Part shown: positions 63,266-64,000 of the stretch, in pieces
Layout: every line of letters begins with the position of its first letter
Position numbering within the stretch: the stretch's first letter is position 1
Origin: Callorhinchus milii
Lineage: Eukaryota
Direction of reading: 5' to 3'
DNA: 64,000 nucleotides
Assembly: GCF_018977255.1 (NCBI RefSeq)
Contig: NW_024704742.1
Location: 40,922,001 to 40,986,000 of the forward strand
Program-made: the position numbers and the translations under genes
Notes under the pieces: generated by a model
What the model saw: only the letters and a program-made list of their open reading frames with translations
Database searches by the model: none
What the model was told of the DNA's origin: nothing

Positions 63266-64000
63266 TTTGATTTCCAGAGGAAAGAAAAGGAAGTTGAAAT
63301 GCATTGAATTACAGAATGGGGCGGGGAGAATATTGGAACGATTGATCTTAGCTTTTTGTTTCCTACTATTTAGTCAATTTATATCCAATTTACAACATTC
63401 CATTTACCCCAAGGTATTATTATATGTAATAGTGTAAATAAAGAAGTCCATATGCCAAAAATCTGCATCAAAAATAGGAAACACTGGAAATCCACAGTGG
63501 ACCACCAAAGCCAGTCCAGTCCCAAATGTGACGTGTCTTTTCTCTTTTAAATGTTGATTGTCCAGCTGTGGATTTTTGAAGTATCTTGTGAAGCACCTTA
63601 TCTGATGGTTTCTGAAAGGTACACAGCACCCACCATTTTACCAGCACTGACATCCTCAAATAATTCCATTGCATTTGGTTGGCATGATCTCCCAGTCATA
63701 AACTCAGCATAGGTTGAAATTAATGAGTGAATATTCTTGGCTTGTTTATTTAAAAAAAATAGATTTCAATATTTTTCCTATTGTGGATGTCATGCTTACA
63801 GGCCTATCATTTTGATGACTTTTTAAAATTGGATAATCTTATTATGTACAAACCATAATTTCAGATTCAGTTCCCCTCATGTTTCTCTAATTTCCATTCC
63901 TATTCTTGGATACATTCCATCTGTTCCTTTTGCCTTATGAATATTCCAGTTCTGAATATTCCAGTTATATGATTCAAAACAATGTAGCTGCATATTGTCT

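Overview
Vertebrate genomic DNA. The repeat content (tRNA/Deu-domain SINEs with L2-type tails, CR1, L2, Penelope-type ends, LF-SINE-like copies) points to a cartilaginous fish, probably a chimaera; the species is an inference. Two spliced genes lie in tandem on the minus strand. LDB2 contributes its last three coding exons (59593-59716, 53315-53463, 42346-42576). TAPT1 contributes its first five coding exons (32777-32924, 19790-19920, 8804-8922, 2810-2972, 2058-2193), with all intron phases compatible. Most ORFs in the supplied track are repeat-derived or spurious. Most notable observations: a U12-type donor after TAPT1 exon 5; a candidate stop-containing LDB2 cassette exon resembling the mammalian isoform that lacks the LIM-interaction domain; a Ginger2/TDD-type transposon derivative with intact termini and TSD; a Penelope-type insertion with inverted ends, TSD and a broken hammerhead ribozyme core; SINE subfamilies whose 3' stem-loop matches the local L2; and a TAPT1 promoter squeezed between large GA/GT repeat arrays. 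I found no clear evidence for a wholly new gene system. Repeat family names come from recalled consensus similarity, not from database searches.
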